Source: a bacterium
GTDB lineage: Bacteria > Arandabacterota > Arandabacteria > Arandabacterales > Arandabacteraceae
Direction: 5' to 3'
Assembly: GCA_025774115.1 (NCBI GenBank)
Contig: JALGWN010000001.1
Location: forward strand, 1-44,333
DNA: 44,333 nucleotides
The notes beneath the pieces are model-generated. The model searched no databases and was not told the origin of the DNA. It saw nothing but the letters and a program-made list of their open reading frames with translations. The position numbers were made by a program, and so were the translations under genes. Of the stretch, positions 9,009-16,646 are shown in pieces. Numbering within the stretch: position 1 is the stretch's first letter; each line of letters begins with the position of its first letter.

Positions 9009-9798
9009 CCGAGCGCCTTAAGCCCCGGACTTCATCACGGGTCATGTGGCGCCACTTGCCGGGCTCGAGATCACCGAGACCGACCGGCCCGAAGCTGATC
9101 CTCTTGAGCCGGTCCACTTCAAAACCGCACGCCGCGACCATCCTGCGAATCTCCCGTTTCTTGCCCTCGGTGAGCGTGATCTCCATAGTGGTGCTCTCAC
9201 TACCTCTGTCTACCACCTCCACCCGCCTGGGCCTCACCTCCCCCTCCTCGAGCCTGACGCCTTTGCGAAGCTTCATTATCCGATCGTCGCCCATATCACC
9301 TCTGACTCCGACCCTGTATACCCGCTCTATTTCATACCTTGGATGGGACAACCTGAATCCCAACTTGCCGTCGTTGGTAAGGAGAAGGAGCCCCTCGCTG
9401 TTCATGTCCAGCCTGCCCACACTGAAAAGCCCCTCCGGAAGTCCGGTCATACCATCAAACACCGTCGTCCTTCCCTGAGGATCGCTCGCCGTGACAATCA
9501 CCCCTCTGGGTTTATAGGCCGCAATGTAGATTCTCTCTTGGATCGGGCTGACGATTTCGTCCCCGACACGAACCTCATCAAGCCTGGGATCGACCATCGT
9601 GCCCAGGTCTTCTACGACCCGGCCGTTGATGCTGATCTTCCCCTGTTCTATCAGTGTCTCGCACTTGCGCCGGGAGCCGAGCCGGCAGTCACGCAAGAAC
9701 TTGTTAATTCTTACAGTCTTCAACATCTGTCTCGGCCGGCCCGGAGCCATGCCTGCCCGCGGCATCATCCTCATGTGCGGGTTCCGAAGACGCTTCAC
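8974..9798 (-). CDS. rluB: rRNA pseudouridine synthase, RluB/RsuA family
   Basis: Has an S4 domain (RINKFLRDCRLGSRRKCETLIEQGKISINGR) and the catalytic motif GRLDMNSEGLLLLTNDG. The real start is probably an internal Met (e.g. MLKTVRINKF at 9726), since the first 24 codons overlap the scpB tail. Confidence 0.85.
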   Translation of the reverse strand: MKRLRNPHMRMMPRAGMAPGRPRQMLKTVRINKFLRDCRLGSRRKCETLIEQGKISINGRVVEDLGTMVDPRLDEVRVGDEIVSPIQERIYIAAYKPRGVIVTASDPQGRTTVFDGMTGLPEGLFSVGRLDMNSEGLLLLTNDGKLGFRLSHPRYEIERVYRVGVRGDMGDDRIMKLRKGVRLEEGEVRPRRVEVVDRGSESTTMEITLTEGKKREIRRMVAACGFEVDRLKRISFGPVGLGDLEPGKWRHMTRDEVRGLRRSVEQAYLSKRKR

Positions 9799-10516
9799 AC
9801 CCGCAAGAAGTCATGGGATCCCCGGGCCCGCTCCCGATCTCCTGCTTATTAATCGGATCGGCCGGTTCGGGGGCCGCGCCCGCCTCTGCGTCCGCATCTT
9901 CGCGCGAAGCCGGACCCTCACCCGGTCCCGGTTCTTCCCGACCTTCCTCGGCCGGAGGCTTCCCTCCGTCTTTGCCGCCCACCAGCTCCTCTATCTCCTT
10001 CATGCCCGGCAGATCGCTCAACTTGTTCAGGCCGAACTGAAGCAAGAACTCCCTCGTCGTCCCGAAGAGCAGGGGTCGTCCAGGGCCGTCTCCTCTTCCC
10101 ACAATCCGAATCAGGTCGCGCTCCATAAGGGTCCTCAAGACACCATCCGCGTTCACACCCCTGATACCCTCGACTGCGGACCGCACCACCGGCTGCTTGT
10201 ACGCGACAACCGCCAGCGTCTCCATGGCAGCCTTGGACAGTCTCTGCCTGGTTCGGCTCTCGACCAGCTTGCCCACAAAGACGGAATAGTCCGGCTTGGT
10301 AGCAAGTTGGTAGCCCCCACCGATCTCCACCATCTGAAAAGACCTCGATTCCTGGGCATAGTCGTCCTTGAGCGATTCGAGAGCCTGAGTTACTTCCTCG
10401 GTTTCAACACCTTGGAGTATCGACTTGATTCTCGCAACACTCAGCGGCTCGGGTGAGGCGAAGAGCAGCGCTTCTATGATTCGCTTAAGATCCTCCATCA
10501 ACGGTCTCCTTGGCAA
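9704..10516 (-). CDS. scpB: Segregation and condensation protein B with a low-complexity acidic/Pro-Gly C-terminal tail
   Basis: IIEALLFASPEPLS...YQLATKPDY...LSKAAMETLAVVAYKQPV...IRGVNADGVLRTLMERDLI matches the ScpB winged-helix pair. It directly follows scpA. Confidence 0.9.
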   Translation of the reverse strand: MPRRPLMEDLKRIIEALLFASPEPLSVARIKSILQGVETEEVTQALESLKDDYAQESRSFQMVEIGGGYQLATKPDYSVFVGKLVESRTRQRLSKAAMETLAVVAYKQPVVRSAVEGIRGVNADGVLRTLMERDLIRIVGRGDGPGRPLLFGTTREFLLQFGLNKLSDLPGMKEIEELVGGKDGGKPPAEEGREEPGPGEGPASREDADAEAGAAPEPADPINKQEIGSGPGDPMTSCGCEASSEPAHEDDAAGRHGSGPAETDVEDCKN

Positions 10517-11207
10517 CTCTATGAATCCAGATCCGGCCGAAAGGCCTGGTCTGCTTTATCCTGGCCAACCGTAGCCTGAGCATCTCCAGGAGCGCTAAGA
10601 ACGTGGCGATCAGGTCGACAGGCCGTGAATCTTCGGAGAAAAGCTCCTCGAACTCGATGACTTCCCGGTCGGCAAGCCTCGCCTTGAGGAATTCGATCTT
10701 TTCCTCGATAGACGTTTCGTCCGCCTTGACATCGACAAAACGGACCTTCGCCTTCTCAAGCACCTTCTGGAAGGAGGCTATAAGGTCAAACAGGTTATAG
10801 TCATACTCGACTTCGACCGTTTCGACCTCGATATCCTGATCCGGCCTGGCATAGAGCAGATTCCTCTGGTATTTCATGGCGTCGAGCTTGCCGGCGGCCT
10901 CCTTGAACCTCTGGTATTCAAGGAGCTGCTGCACAAGCTGCTGACGCGGGTCCTCAATCTCATCATCCTCTTCCTCCCTGGCTGGAAGCAGCATCCTGGC
11001 CTTGATTCTCATCAGGGTGGCCGCCACAACCAGAAACTCACCCGCGAGTTCGAGATTGAGGAACTCCAGCATCTTTATGTAGTCCAGGTATTGCTTGGTT
11101 ATCTTCGCGATGGGAATATCGTATATGTTGACCTCCTGCTTCTTAATAAGATAGAGCAAGAGGTCCAGCGGCCCCTCGAATCGCTCCAGTTTGACTTTGT
11201 ATTCCAT
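10485..11207 (-). CDS. scpA: Segregation and condensation protein A
   Basis: FEGPLDLLLYLIKKQEVNIYDIPIAKITKQYL is the signature ScpA (kleisin) N-terminus. 240 aa. Confidence 0.9.
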   Translation of the reverse strand: MEYKVKLERFEGPLDLLLYLIKKQEVNIYDIPIAKITKQYLDYIKMLEFLNLELAGEFLVVAATLMRIKARMLLPAREEEDDEIEDPRQQLVQQLLEYQRFKEAAGKLDAMKYQRNLLYARPDQDIEVETVEVEYDYNLFDLIASFQKVLEKAKVRFVDVKADETSIEEKIEFLKARLADREVIEFEELFSEDSRPVDLIATFLALLEMLRLRLARIKQTRPFGRIWIHRVAKETVDGGS

Positions 11208-11211
11208 AATC

Positions 11212-12198
11212 CTATCCCGCGAAGTGCATCGCCTGTCTCACCTGTTGCATGGTTTCCCGGGCGCGTTGGCGGGCCCGCTCGGCCCCTTTGGCGAGCATAT
11301 CCACTATTGCCGTCTCGTCGGCTTCCAATTCCTTCCTGCGCTCTCTGATCGGAGCAAGGTAACCTGATATGGCCGCCGCACACATGCGCTTACACTTCAC
11401 ACAGCCCAGTTCGCCGGACTTGCATCCTGCTTCGACGTCCTCAACGGCATCCGCGTTGAATCTGCCGTGATAGGCAAAGACATTGCAGATGTCGGGATGG
11501 CCCGGGTCCCCCATCCTTATCTTCTCAGGATCGGTCACCGCGGTCATCACCTTCTTCCCGATTGCCTCAGGCTCGTCGGAAAGCAGGATCACGTTTCCCA
11601 CCGACTTGCTCATCCGTTTGCCGTCCAGGCCGGGCAGCCTGGCGAACCGTGTCAACAGGGGCTCGGGTATCGGGAACACCTCTTCATAGAGTGTATTGAA
11701 CCGGCGGGCGATCTCCCGGGTTATCTCCAGATGAGGCAGCTGGTCCTCGCCGACCGGGACCGCATGAGCCTTGTATAGCATTATGTCGGCCGCCTGAAGC
11801 ACAGGATAGCCGAGGTGTCCGTACATGACGTTATCACCCATGCCCAAGTCCCGAACCTGCTCCTTCACGGTCGGGTTGCGCTCCAGTCTTGCCACAGAGA
11901 CCAGCATGGAGAGCAGCAGATGCAGTTCCGCATGCTCCTTCACGTCCGATTGAACGAATATGACGCTTACCTTCGGGTCTATTCCCGCCGCAAGCCAGTC
12001 CATAACGACCTCGATGCCGTCCCGGAGGATACCTGAGGTATCCTCATAGCTCGTGGTGAGGACATGCCAGTCTGCAACTTCGAAGAAACATTCATACTCG
12101 CTCTGAAGTTTGACCCAATTGGCCAGCACCCCCACATAGTTACCCAGGTGAAGCCTGCCGGTAGGCCTCATACCGCTCAGAATAGTCTTGCGTGGCAT
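11212..12198 (-). CDS. trpS: Tryptophan--tRNA ligase (variant carrying a four-Cys motif)
   Basis: 328 aa class I aaRS with HIGH-type GRLHLGNYVG, KMSKS, and GYPVLQAADI typical of TrpRS. The Cys motif C238-x20-C259-x6-C266-x2-C269 maps to 11392..11487. Confidence 0.95.
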   Translation of the reverse strand: MPRKTILSGMRPTGRLHLGNYVGVLANWVKLQSEYECFFEVADWHVLTTSYEDTSGILRDGIEVVMDWLAAGIDPKVSVIFVQSDVKEHAELHLLLSMLVSVARLERNPTVKEQVRDLGMGDNVMYGHLGYPVLQAADIMLYKAHAVPVGEDQLPHLEITREIARRFNTLYEEVFPIPEPLLTRFARLPGLDGKRMSKSVGNVILLSDEPEAIGKKVMTAVTDPEKIRMGDPGHPDICNVFAYHGRFNADAVEDVEAGCKSGELGCVKCKRMCAAAISGYLAPIRERRKELEADETAIVDMLAKGAERARQRARETMQQVRQAMHFAG

Positions 12199-12208
12199 CT
12201 TATCTCCC

Positions 12209-12817
12209 TCAATAGAGTTGTCCCGTGAAAAGGTAGAACAGGAATCTCGCCGGGACCCCCGCGATCAAACCTATGATGCTCACCCCACCGATCCCACCGA
12301 AAGCTATGAGGCCGATCAAGACCAGCGGGCCGTAACGCGCCAGCCTGTCATACTTCCTGGCGTATTCCACCGGAAGGACGGCTGAGAGCACACCCGATCC
12401 ATCCAGGGGCGGTATCGGGATCAGGTTGAAAAACGCCAGGTAGAGGTTTATCAAGGCAATGGAAACGAGAATGAGCTGGAACGAAAGGACCAGACCCTCC
12501 GCCGGCTCGGTGCCCACGATCCTCAGAAGGGTCCCGGCGATAAAGGCCAGGCATATGTTGGATGCCGGTCCCGCCAATGAGACAAGCAGGATACCCTTCC
12601 GCGGACTCCTGAAATTGTTGGGATCGACAGGGACCGGACGCGCCCACCCGAAGCCGATACGTCCACCCGAACTCACCAGCAGAACCAGCGGTACCAGAAT
12701 AGTTCCGATAGGGTCTATGTGGGCTAATGGATTGAGCGTTAGCCTTCCGAAATCCCTCGCGGTGTTGTCACCTTGAAGCTGAGCAACCTTGCCATGGGCA
12801 TACTCATGAATGCTCAA
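12209..12817 (-). CDS. Site-2 protease (M50) family membrane metalloprotease; the N-terminus probably extends upstream of the called TTG
   Basis: HEYAH (HExxH) lies 3 residues after the called start. The protein has several hydrophobic helices and NLIPIPPLDG (the M50 LDG motif). The in-frame upstream codons encode the missing first helix (SIQNIVAGVFAILLG) up to a stop at 12863..12865. Confidence 0.8.
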   Translation of the reverse strand: MSIHEYAHGKVAQLQGDNTARDFGRLTLNPLAHIDPIGTILVPLVLLVSSGGRIGFGWARPVPVDPNNFRSPRKGILLVSLAGPASNICLAFIAGTLLRIVGTEPAEGLVLSFQLILVSIALINLYLAFFNLIPIPPLDGSGVLSAVLPVEYARKYDRLARYGPLVLIGLIAFGGIGGVSIIGLIAGVPARFLFYLFTGQLY

Positions 12818-12975
12818 TCCCAGAAGTATTGCGAAAACGCCGGCAACTATATTCTGTATTGATCACAGCCTCCCCGCCCACCGGATGGGCCATAGATTTT
12901 GAGGGAATATACCACCCGCGGAGCCCCGGTGTCAACCTCTTTCGCCCCACTGCACAAAGGAGGATGGAACGTTTG

Positions 12976-13039
12976 CGTAGTGATGCCGCTCCTGTGGCAA
13001 CGAAGAGATGTTCGTCGTGACGGGAGTCACGACGCTACG
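12976..13039. repeat. REPIN-like inverted doublet of GTAG-headed palindromes (REP family 1)
   Basis: CGTAGTGATGCCGCTCCTGTGGCAACGAA (12976..13004), a 6-nt spacer, then TTCGTCGTGACGGGAGTCACGACGCTACG (13011..13039). The second unit is a 9-bp stem (CGTCGTGAC/GTCACGACG) with a GGGA loop. The two units are in opposite orientation. Confidence 0.8.
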
Positions 13040-13067
13040 GGTACGACGCAACGAGGAGCGGCGAGTG

Positions 13068-13225
13068 TAACGTAGCAGACGGGCGGTTTCGACCGCTTCC
13101 ACAGTCCAGACCGGTCAAAAGCGTACGGATGCAAGGCTTGCGAAGGTTTGAGGAACGAGGCGTACTTGAGGTACGCCGCAGTAACGAAAATCGAGCCTAA
13201 CGTAGCAGACGGGCGGTTTCGACCG
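13068..13225. repeat. Two perfect 28-nt direct repeats 130 bp apart (repeat family 3)
   Basis: TAACGTAGCAGACGGGCGGTTTCGACCG occurs at 13068..13095 and 13198..13225. A diverged relative, TAACGCCGCAGACGGGTATTC, lies near 25898..25918 and is likewise followed by CCTGGGT. Confidence 0.85.
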
Positions 13226-13233
13226 GCCTGGGT

Positions 13234-13593
13234 TCAGAGGTCGGCCACATCCACATAGCGTGTAAACCCGTTGCCTCCATCAACCTCAATCAACACCGGA
13301 TCGACACCGCCGGCAGACCATCTGAACGCCATGATATCCACGTGGTCCCCGGCGTTTATGAGGTGGGCCGCGGCCCCGTTCATACATATGACACCGGTCC
13401 CGCGTTCACCCTTTATAACGTAGGTCTCCAACCTCTTACCATTCGTGTGATCGACCACAAGGACGTTCTCGTTCTCGCTCAGATTGGCCTTCTCAATCAG
13501 GTCCTGATCGATCGTTATGCTGCCAACATAGTGGAGATCCGCCTGGGTTACAGTGGCGTCCAGTATCATAGACTTCAGGAGAAGCCGTCGCAT
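13234..13593 (-). CDS. panD: Aspartate 1-decarboxylase homologue (pyruvoyl-type) with atypical Met9/Leu11/Asp12
   Basis: 119 aa that aligns without gaps to E. coli/B. subtilis PanD as I recall them. Conserved: ADLHYVGSITID (Tyr22, Gly24-Ser25), NGKRLETYV (Arg54, Thr57, Tyr58) and CMNGAAA (Asn72). The N-terminus reads LKSMILDATVT instead of the usual xGKLHRATVT. Confidence 0.85.
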   Translation of the reverse strand: MRRLLLKSMILDATVTQADLHYVGSITIDQDLIEKANLSENENVLVVDHTNGKRLETYVIKGERGTGVICMNGAAAHLINAGDHVDIMAFRWSAGGVDPVLIEVDGGNGFTRYVDVADL

Positions 13594-13613
13594 AGAACCT
13601 CCTATCTGCCGGT

Positions 13614-13622
13614 ATTATAACA
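13614..13622 (-). promoter_or_regulatory. Candidate extended -10 promoter element (TGTTATAAT) in front of panD
   Basis: The minus strand reads ...catTGCACatccgaactatgTGTTATAATaccggcagatAGGAGGttctATG. There is a perfect TATAAT (13619..13614) with a TGn extension, about 20 nt upstream of the panD ATG. The -35 is poor. Confidence 0.4.
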
Positions 13623-13660
13623 TAGTTCGGATGTGCAATGAAGAATTTTCGTAATACTGC

Positions 13661-15382
13661 CTAAGCCTTTTCCCCCGCGATTTCAATTAGGTACCGGACA
13701 AACCTGTTGTTCTCATCGACGAGTATGTTCTTGAATTGGGCTTCGGTCTCCTCCGACCAGGTGAAGGACATGATGATTATCTCATCCCCGGCATGAACTT
13801 GCTTCGCCGCAGCCCCTGTGATCTTGATCTCCCCCATGCCCTTCTTGCCCTTCCGGACGAAAGTCTCAACCCTGGCACCGTTATCATTGTCCACGATAAG
13901 GACCCTCTCACAGGGCGCGATGTTGGCCAGGTCGAGGAGCTCTTCATCGATAACAATCCCATCCACCTTGTCGGGTTCCTCGCCGTTGACATACGCCTTG
14001 TGGATTTTGGACTTGACGACAAGCCGTTCCTCTATCTTTGAGACTATGAATCTGAACTTGCCGGAGCGAGCCTGCGGTATGTCGTCCACAATATCGAAGT
14101 CAACCCGAAAACTCTCGCCCATGTTGGCCTTGATCTTCTGCTCGAGTGTAGCCTTGTACTCATCCTTCCATTCGGGTCCGGGAACCAGCCGGAAGACTAT
14201 ACCGCTCCGGTCACGCTGCTCTATCTGGAAACGTGCTATGCCCGGTACGGCCCTGGAAAGGAACGTCCAGAAGAAACCGCCGGCCGATTTTCCCTCAGGT
14301 GAAACGACAACATCGAACGTTCGCCCTTCGATGCGGTCGAGCAGTGGGAAGGTCCTGCCGCAGGGGCACGTCCTGTCGGAAGGTACCGCCAGATCACCCG
14401 TACGGTACCTCAGGAACGGCATATAGAGATTGGTGAGATCGGTCACGACTATCTCACCGATTTCCCCGGGCTCCGCGGGCCGCCCGCTTTCGTGGAGCAC
14501 TTCCAGATAGAAGAGGTCGGTACACATGTGGAGTCCGTTGCGCTCTTCGCACTCATGGGCTATGTTCCCGAACTCATTGGTTCCGTAGCCCTCATACACT
14601 TTGGATTTGAAGACATCTTCGAGGAGCTCTTCCTGGTGGTCATAGATCTTCTCGCCACTCGCCAGGATGCTCCCGGGTCTTATATCCGTGATCCTGCGGC
14701 TCTTGCAGAATTCAGCAAAAAGCGTGAGGGCGGACGGAAATCCGATAAGCAGGTGCGGCTTGAAAAACCTGAGTCTGGCGACGTAATCTTGCATTATCTC
14801 ATCTGACATCTTGAACGCCGAGAGCTGGAGAATATTGGCGGCATAGTCCCGCAAGGCTTCGGTCATGCGGGCCCTGAAGGACACTCCGAAGTAAGTGCCC
14901 CAGATTCTCGCCTGCCTGTCGCCTATGTCTATCCCCATCCATCGGAAACTCCTGATGGCGCAGGCTCGCCGTGGCGGCCCCGCCGCCGTGTCCACATCGA
15001 AGTAGAGGGGTTCGCCCGTCGAACCGCTCGTGCTCAGGGGGACGCCCCTTCTGCCGGGTTCTTCGGTCACGATTTGCCTCCCGGCAGCCCTTATTCTCTC
15101 TTTCGTAAGAAGCGGTATATTGAGGAAATCGACCGGACTCCGAATCTCCTCGACGCGAAGCCCCGTCTGCTTAAAGAGATCCTTGTAATAGGGTACATTT
15201 GTCTCTACGTGCTTGAGGAACCGCTCGAGACGGCTCCATTGGAGGTTGCCGAGCTCCTCCTGAGACAACCGCTCGTGACTCTGAAGTTCCTCCACACAGG
15301 CTTGGAGCCCGTCACCCTTCAGACGCCTTAAGAAAGGATATATGACTTTCCTGACAGCCCAGGGCGGAAGCGGCGGTAGCAT
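13661..15382 (-). CDS. Adenylate-forming ligase (PaaK / F390-synthetase / CapK-like, ANL superfamily) fused to a C-terminal, non-processing PanD-like domain
   Basis: 573 aa. ANL core motifs are present: STSGSTGEP, YGTNE, YRTGD, SGKFRF. Residues ~451-573 (13664..14032) align to PanD end to end: KIHKAYV...KVDGIVIDEELLD...NGARVETFV...ITGAAA...GDEIIIMSF. Confidence 0.85.
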   Translation of the reverse strand: MLPPLPPWAVRKVIYPFLRRLKGDGLQACVEELQSHERLSQEELGNLQWSRLERFLKHVETNVPYYKDLFKQTGLRVEEIRSPVDFLNIPLLTKERIRAAGRQIVTEEPGRRGVPLSTSGSTGEPLYFDVDTAAGPPRRACAIRSFRWMGIDIGDRQARIWGTYFGVSFRARMTEALRDYAANILQLSAFKMSDEIMQDYVARLRFFKPHLLIGFPSALTLFAEFCKSRRITDIRPGSILASGEKIYDHQEELLEDVFKSKVYEGYGTNEFGNIAHECEERNGLHMCTDLFYLEVLHESGRPAEPGEIGEIVVTDLTNLYMPFLRYRTGDLAVPSDRTCPCGRTFPLLDRIEGRTFDVVVSPEGKSAGGFFWTFLSRAVPGIARFQIEQRDRSGIVFRLVPGPEWKDEYKATLEQKIKANMGESFRVDFDIVDDIPQARSGKFRFIVSKIEERLVVKSKIHKAYVNGEEPDKVDGIVIDEELLDLANIAPCERVLIVDNDNGARVETFVRKGKKGMGEIKITGAAAKQVHAGDEIIIMSFTWSEETEAQFKNILVDENNRFVRYLIEIAGEKA

Positions 15383-15400
15383 TTACGTCAACTCCTTCAG

Positions 15401-16606
15401 TTAGGTTCTCCCCATCAGATAGTAGCGCAATAAGTATCTTAGTTTATAGCTTCGGATTGTCCAAAGTGATTTTCGCTCTCCGGCAAACAGATCGAGCGCC
15501 GCCACGAAGAATTCCGGATCGGTATTGCGTACGGTCACCTTGCCTCGCCAGATCCATGGTGAAGCACACCCGATCCTGTTTATCTCACCGGCGTCCTGGC
15601 CGAACGTGTTGCGTCTGGCAGGATCTTCGTAATGAGTGGTTGATGCGAGATAACCGGCCTCCGAGGCGATCCGTAAGGTTGCCGGGCTGCGGGCCCCACC
15701 CGGCCAGCAGAGAAAATCGACCCGTGTTCCGAGGGCCTCCTCTATCAGCCGTTTCGATTCCGAAAGCTCGTATCTCACACGCTCCAGATATTCGGTTTCG
15801 GTCTCGACCCTGTCCTGTCTATTGCCGTATTCACCGACAACCTTTTGAAGTTCCTGCCTCCAGCCTTCTTCGCGGAAGAACGAAGGTCCTCCGCGCTCAA
15901 CCACGGTATCGACCAACCGCCTCGTGAGACCTGTATTTTCGAAGTACCGCGGCCCACCCAACGATTTCGCGTGCTCATATATCGGCACACCGTACGGGAT
16001 ATCGTCTTCAAGCCGGGCTGTGAGGCTTTCGTGCTTCCTCTCCGGGAAGATGTTCCATCCCAGCCAGGGAGGAGGGCTGTAACCGTCCACACCCGTCGGA
16101 CGGTGAAAATCAACCACCCTGGGGCCGCTCGGGTACCACGTGTGCGTCATCGCATGACTCTGAATCTCGACGTGGCCCCCCACCGCCATCCGACGCATTT
16201 CTGCCCAGGACAGATAACCTCTGTCGACAAGATCCGTGGCTCTCAGTCGCCCCGACCGGACATCGTCGAGTGTCGGCCTCGGATCCGTTAACGGATCGAC
16301 AAAGTCGGTGGTCATCCAGACCACGGCGTGCAGGCCGTATTGCTTGATTATGGGATACACATATACCCAGTTGTCCAGATAGCCGTCATCGAAAGTCAGA
16401 ACGACGGGCTTCGGCGGGAGCTTCGCACCTTTCGACATATGAGCATGGAGATCGGCAAGGCTTATCGCCGTCCAGCCTCGCTCCGCGAGCAACCTCATCT
16501 GGGCTTCGAAGACATCGACAGAAGTGGTGAGATAGTTCCATATCCAGTCGGGCCGCGGCGGCCCGACGGAGTGGTACATGACGACCGGAACTCCCCGGGG
16601 TGTCAT
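15401..16606 (-). CDS. Polysaccharide deacetylase (NodB homology domain, CE4 family)
   Basis: 401 aa with VVLTFDDGY (CE4 motif 1) and IQSHAMTH (the His-His metal motif), plus a long C-terminal extension. It is 18 nt upstream of the ligase gene, so probably co-transcribed with it. Confidence 0.85.
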   Translation of the reverse strand: MTPRGVPVVMYHSVGPPRPDWIWNYLTTSVDVFEAQMRLLAERGWTAISLADLHAHMSKGAKLPPKPVVLTFDDGYLDNWVYVYPIIKQYGLHAVVWMTTDFVDPLTDPRPTLDDVRSGRLRATDLVDRGYLSWAEMRRMAVGGHVEIQSHAMTHTWYPSGPRVVDFHRPTGVDGYSPPPWLGWNIFPERKHESLTARLEDDIPYGVPIYEHAKSLGGPRYFENTGLTRRLVDTVVERGGPSFFREEGWRQELQKVVGEYGNRQDRVETETEYLERVRYELSESKRLIEEALGTRVDFLCWPGGARSPATLRIASEAGYLASTTHYEDPARRNTFGQDAGEINRIGCASPWIWRGKVTVRNTDPEFFVAALDLFAGERKSLWTIRSYKLRYLLRYYLMGRT

Positions 16607-16646
16607 TCAGCCTCCTGTCTTCGCTTCTCCTACCGGTCTCAACCTA

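Noticed and set aside
12829-13020. 63-aa plus-strand ORF in the panD / M50 intergenic region.
   Set aside because: It overlaps the Shine-Dalgarno and start region of the M50 gene on the other strand and runs into the REPIN. There is no Shine-Dalgarno sequence and no motif.
13068-13225. Possible CRISPR array (28-nt perfect repeats).
   Set aside because: There are only two copies, the intervening segment is 102 nt (far longer than a spacer), no cas genes are present, and related sequences are dispersed singly elsewhere. It is better explained as a dispersed repeat.
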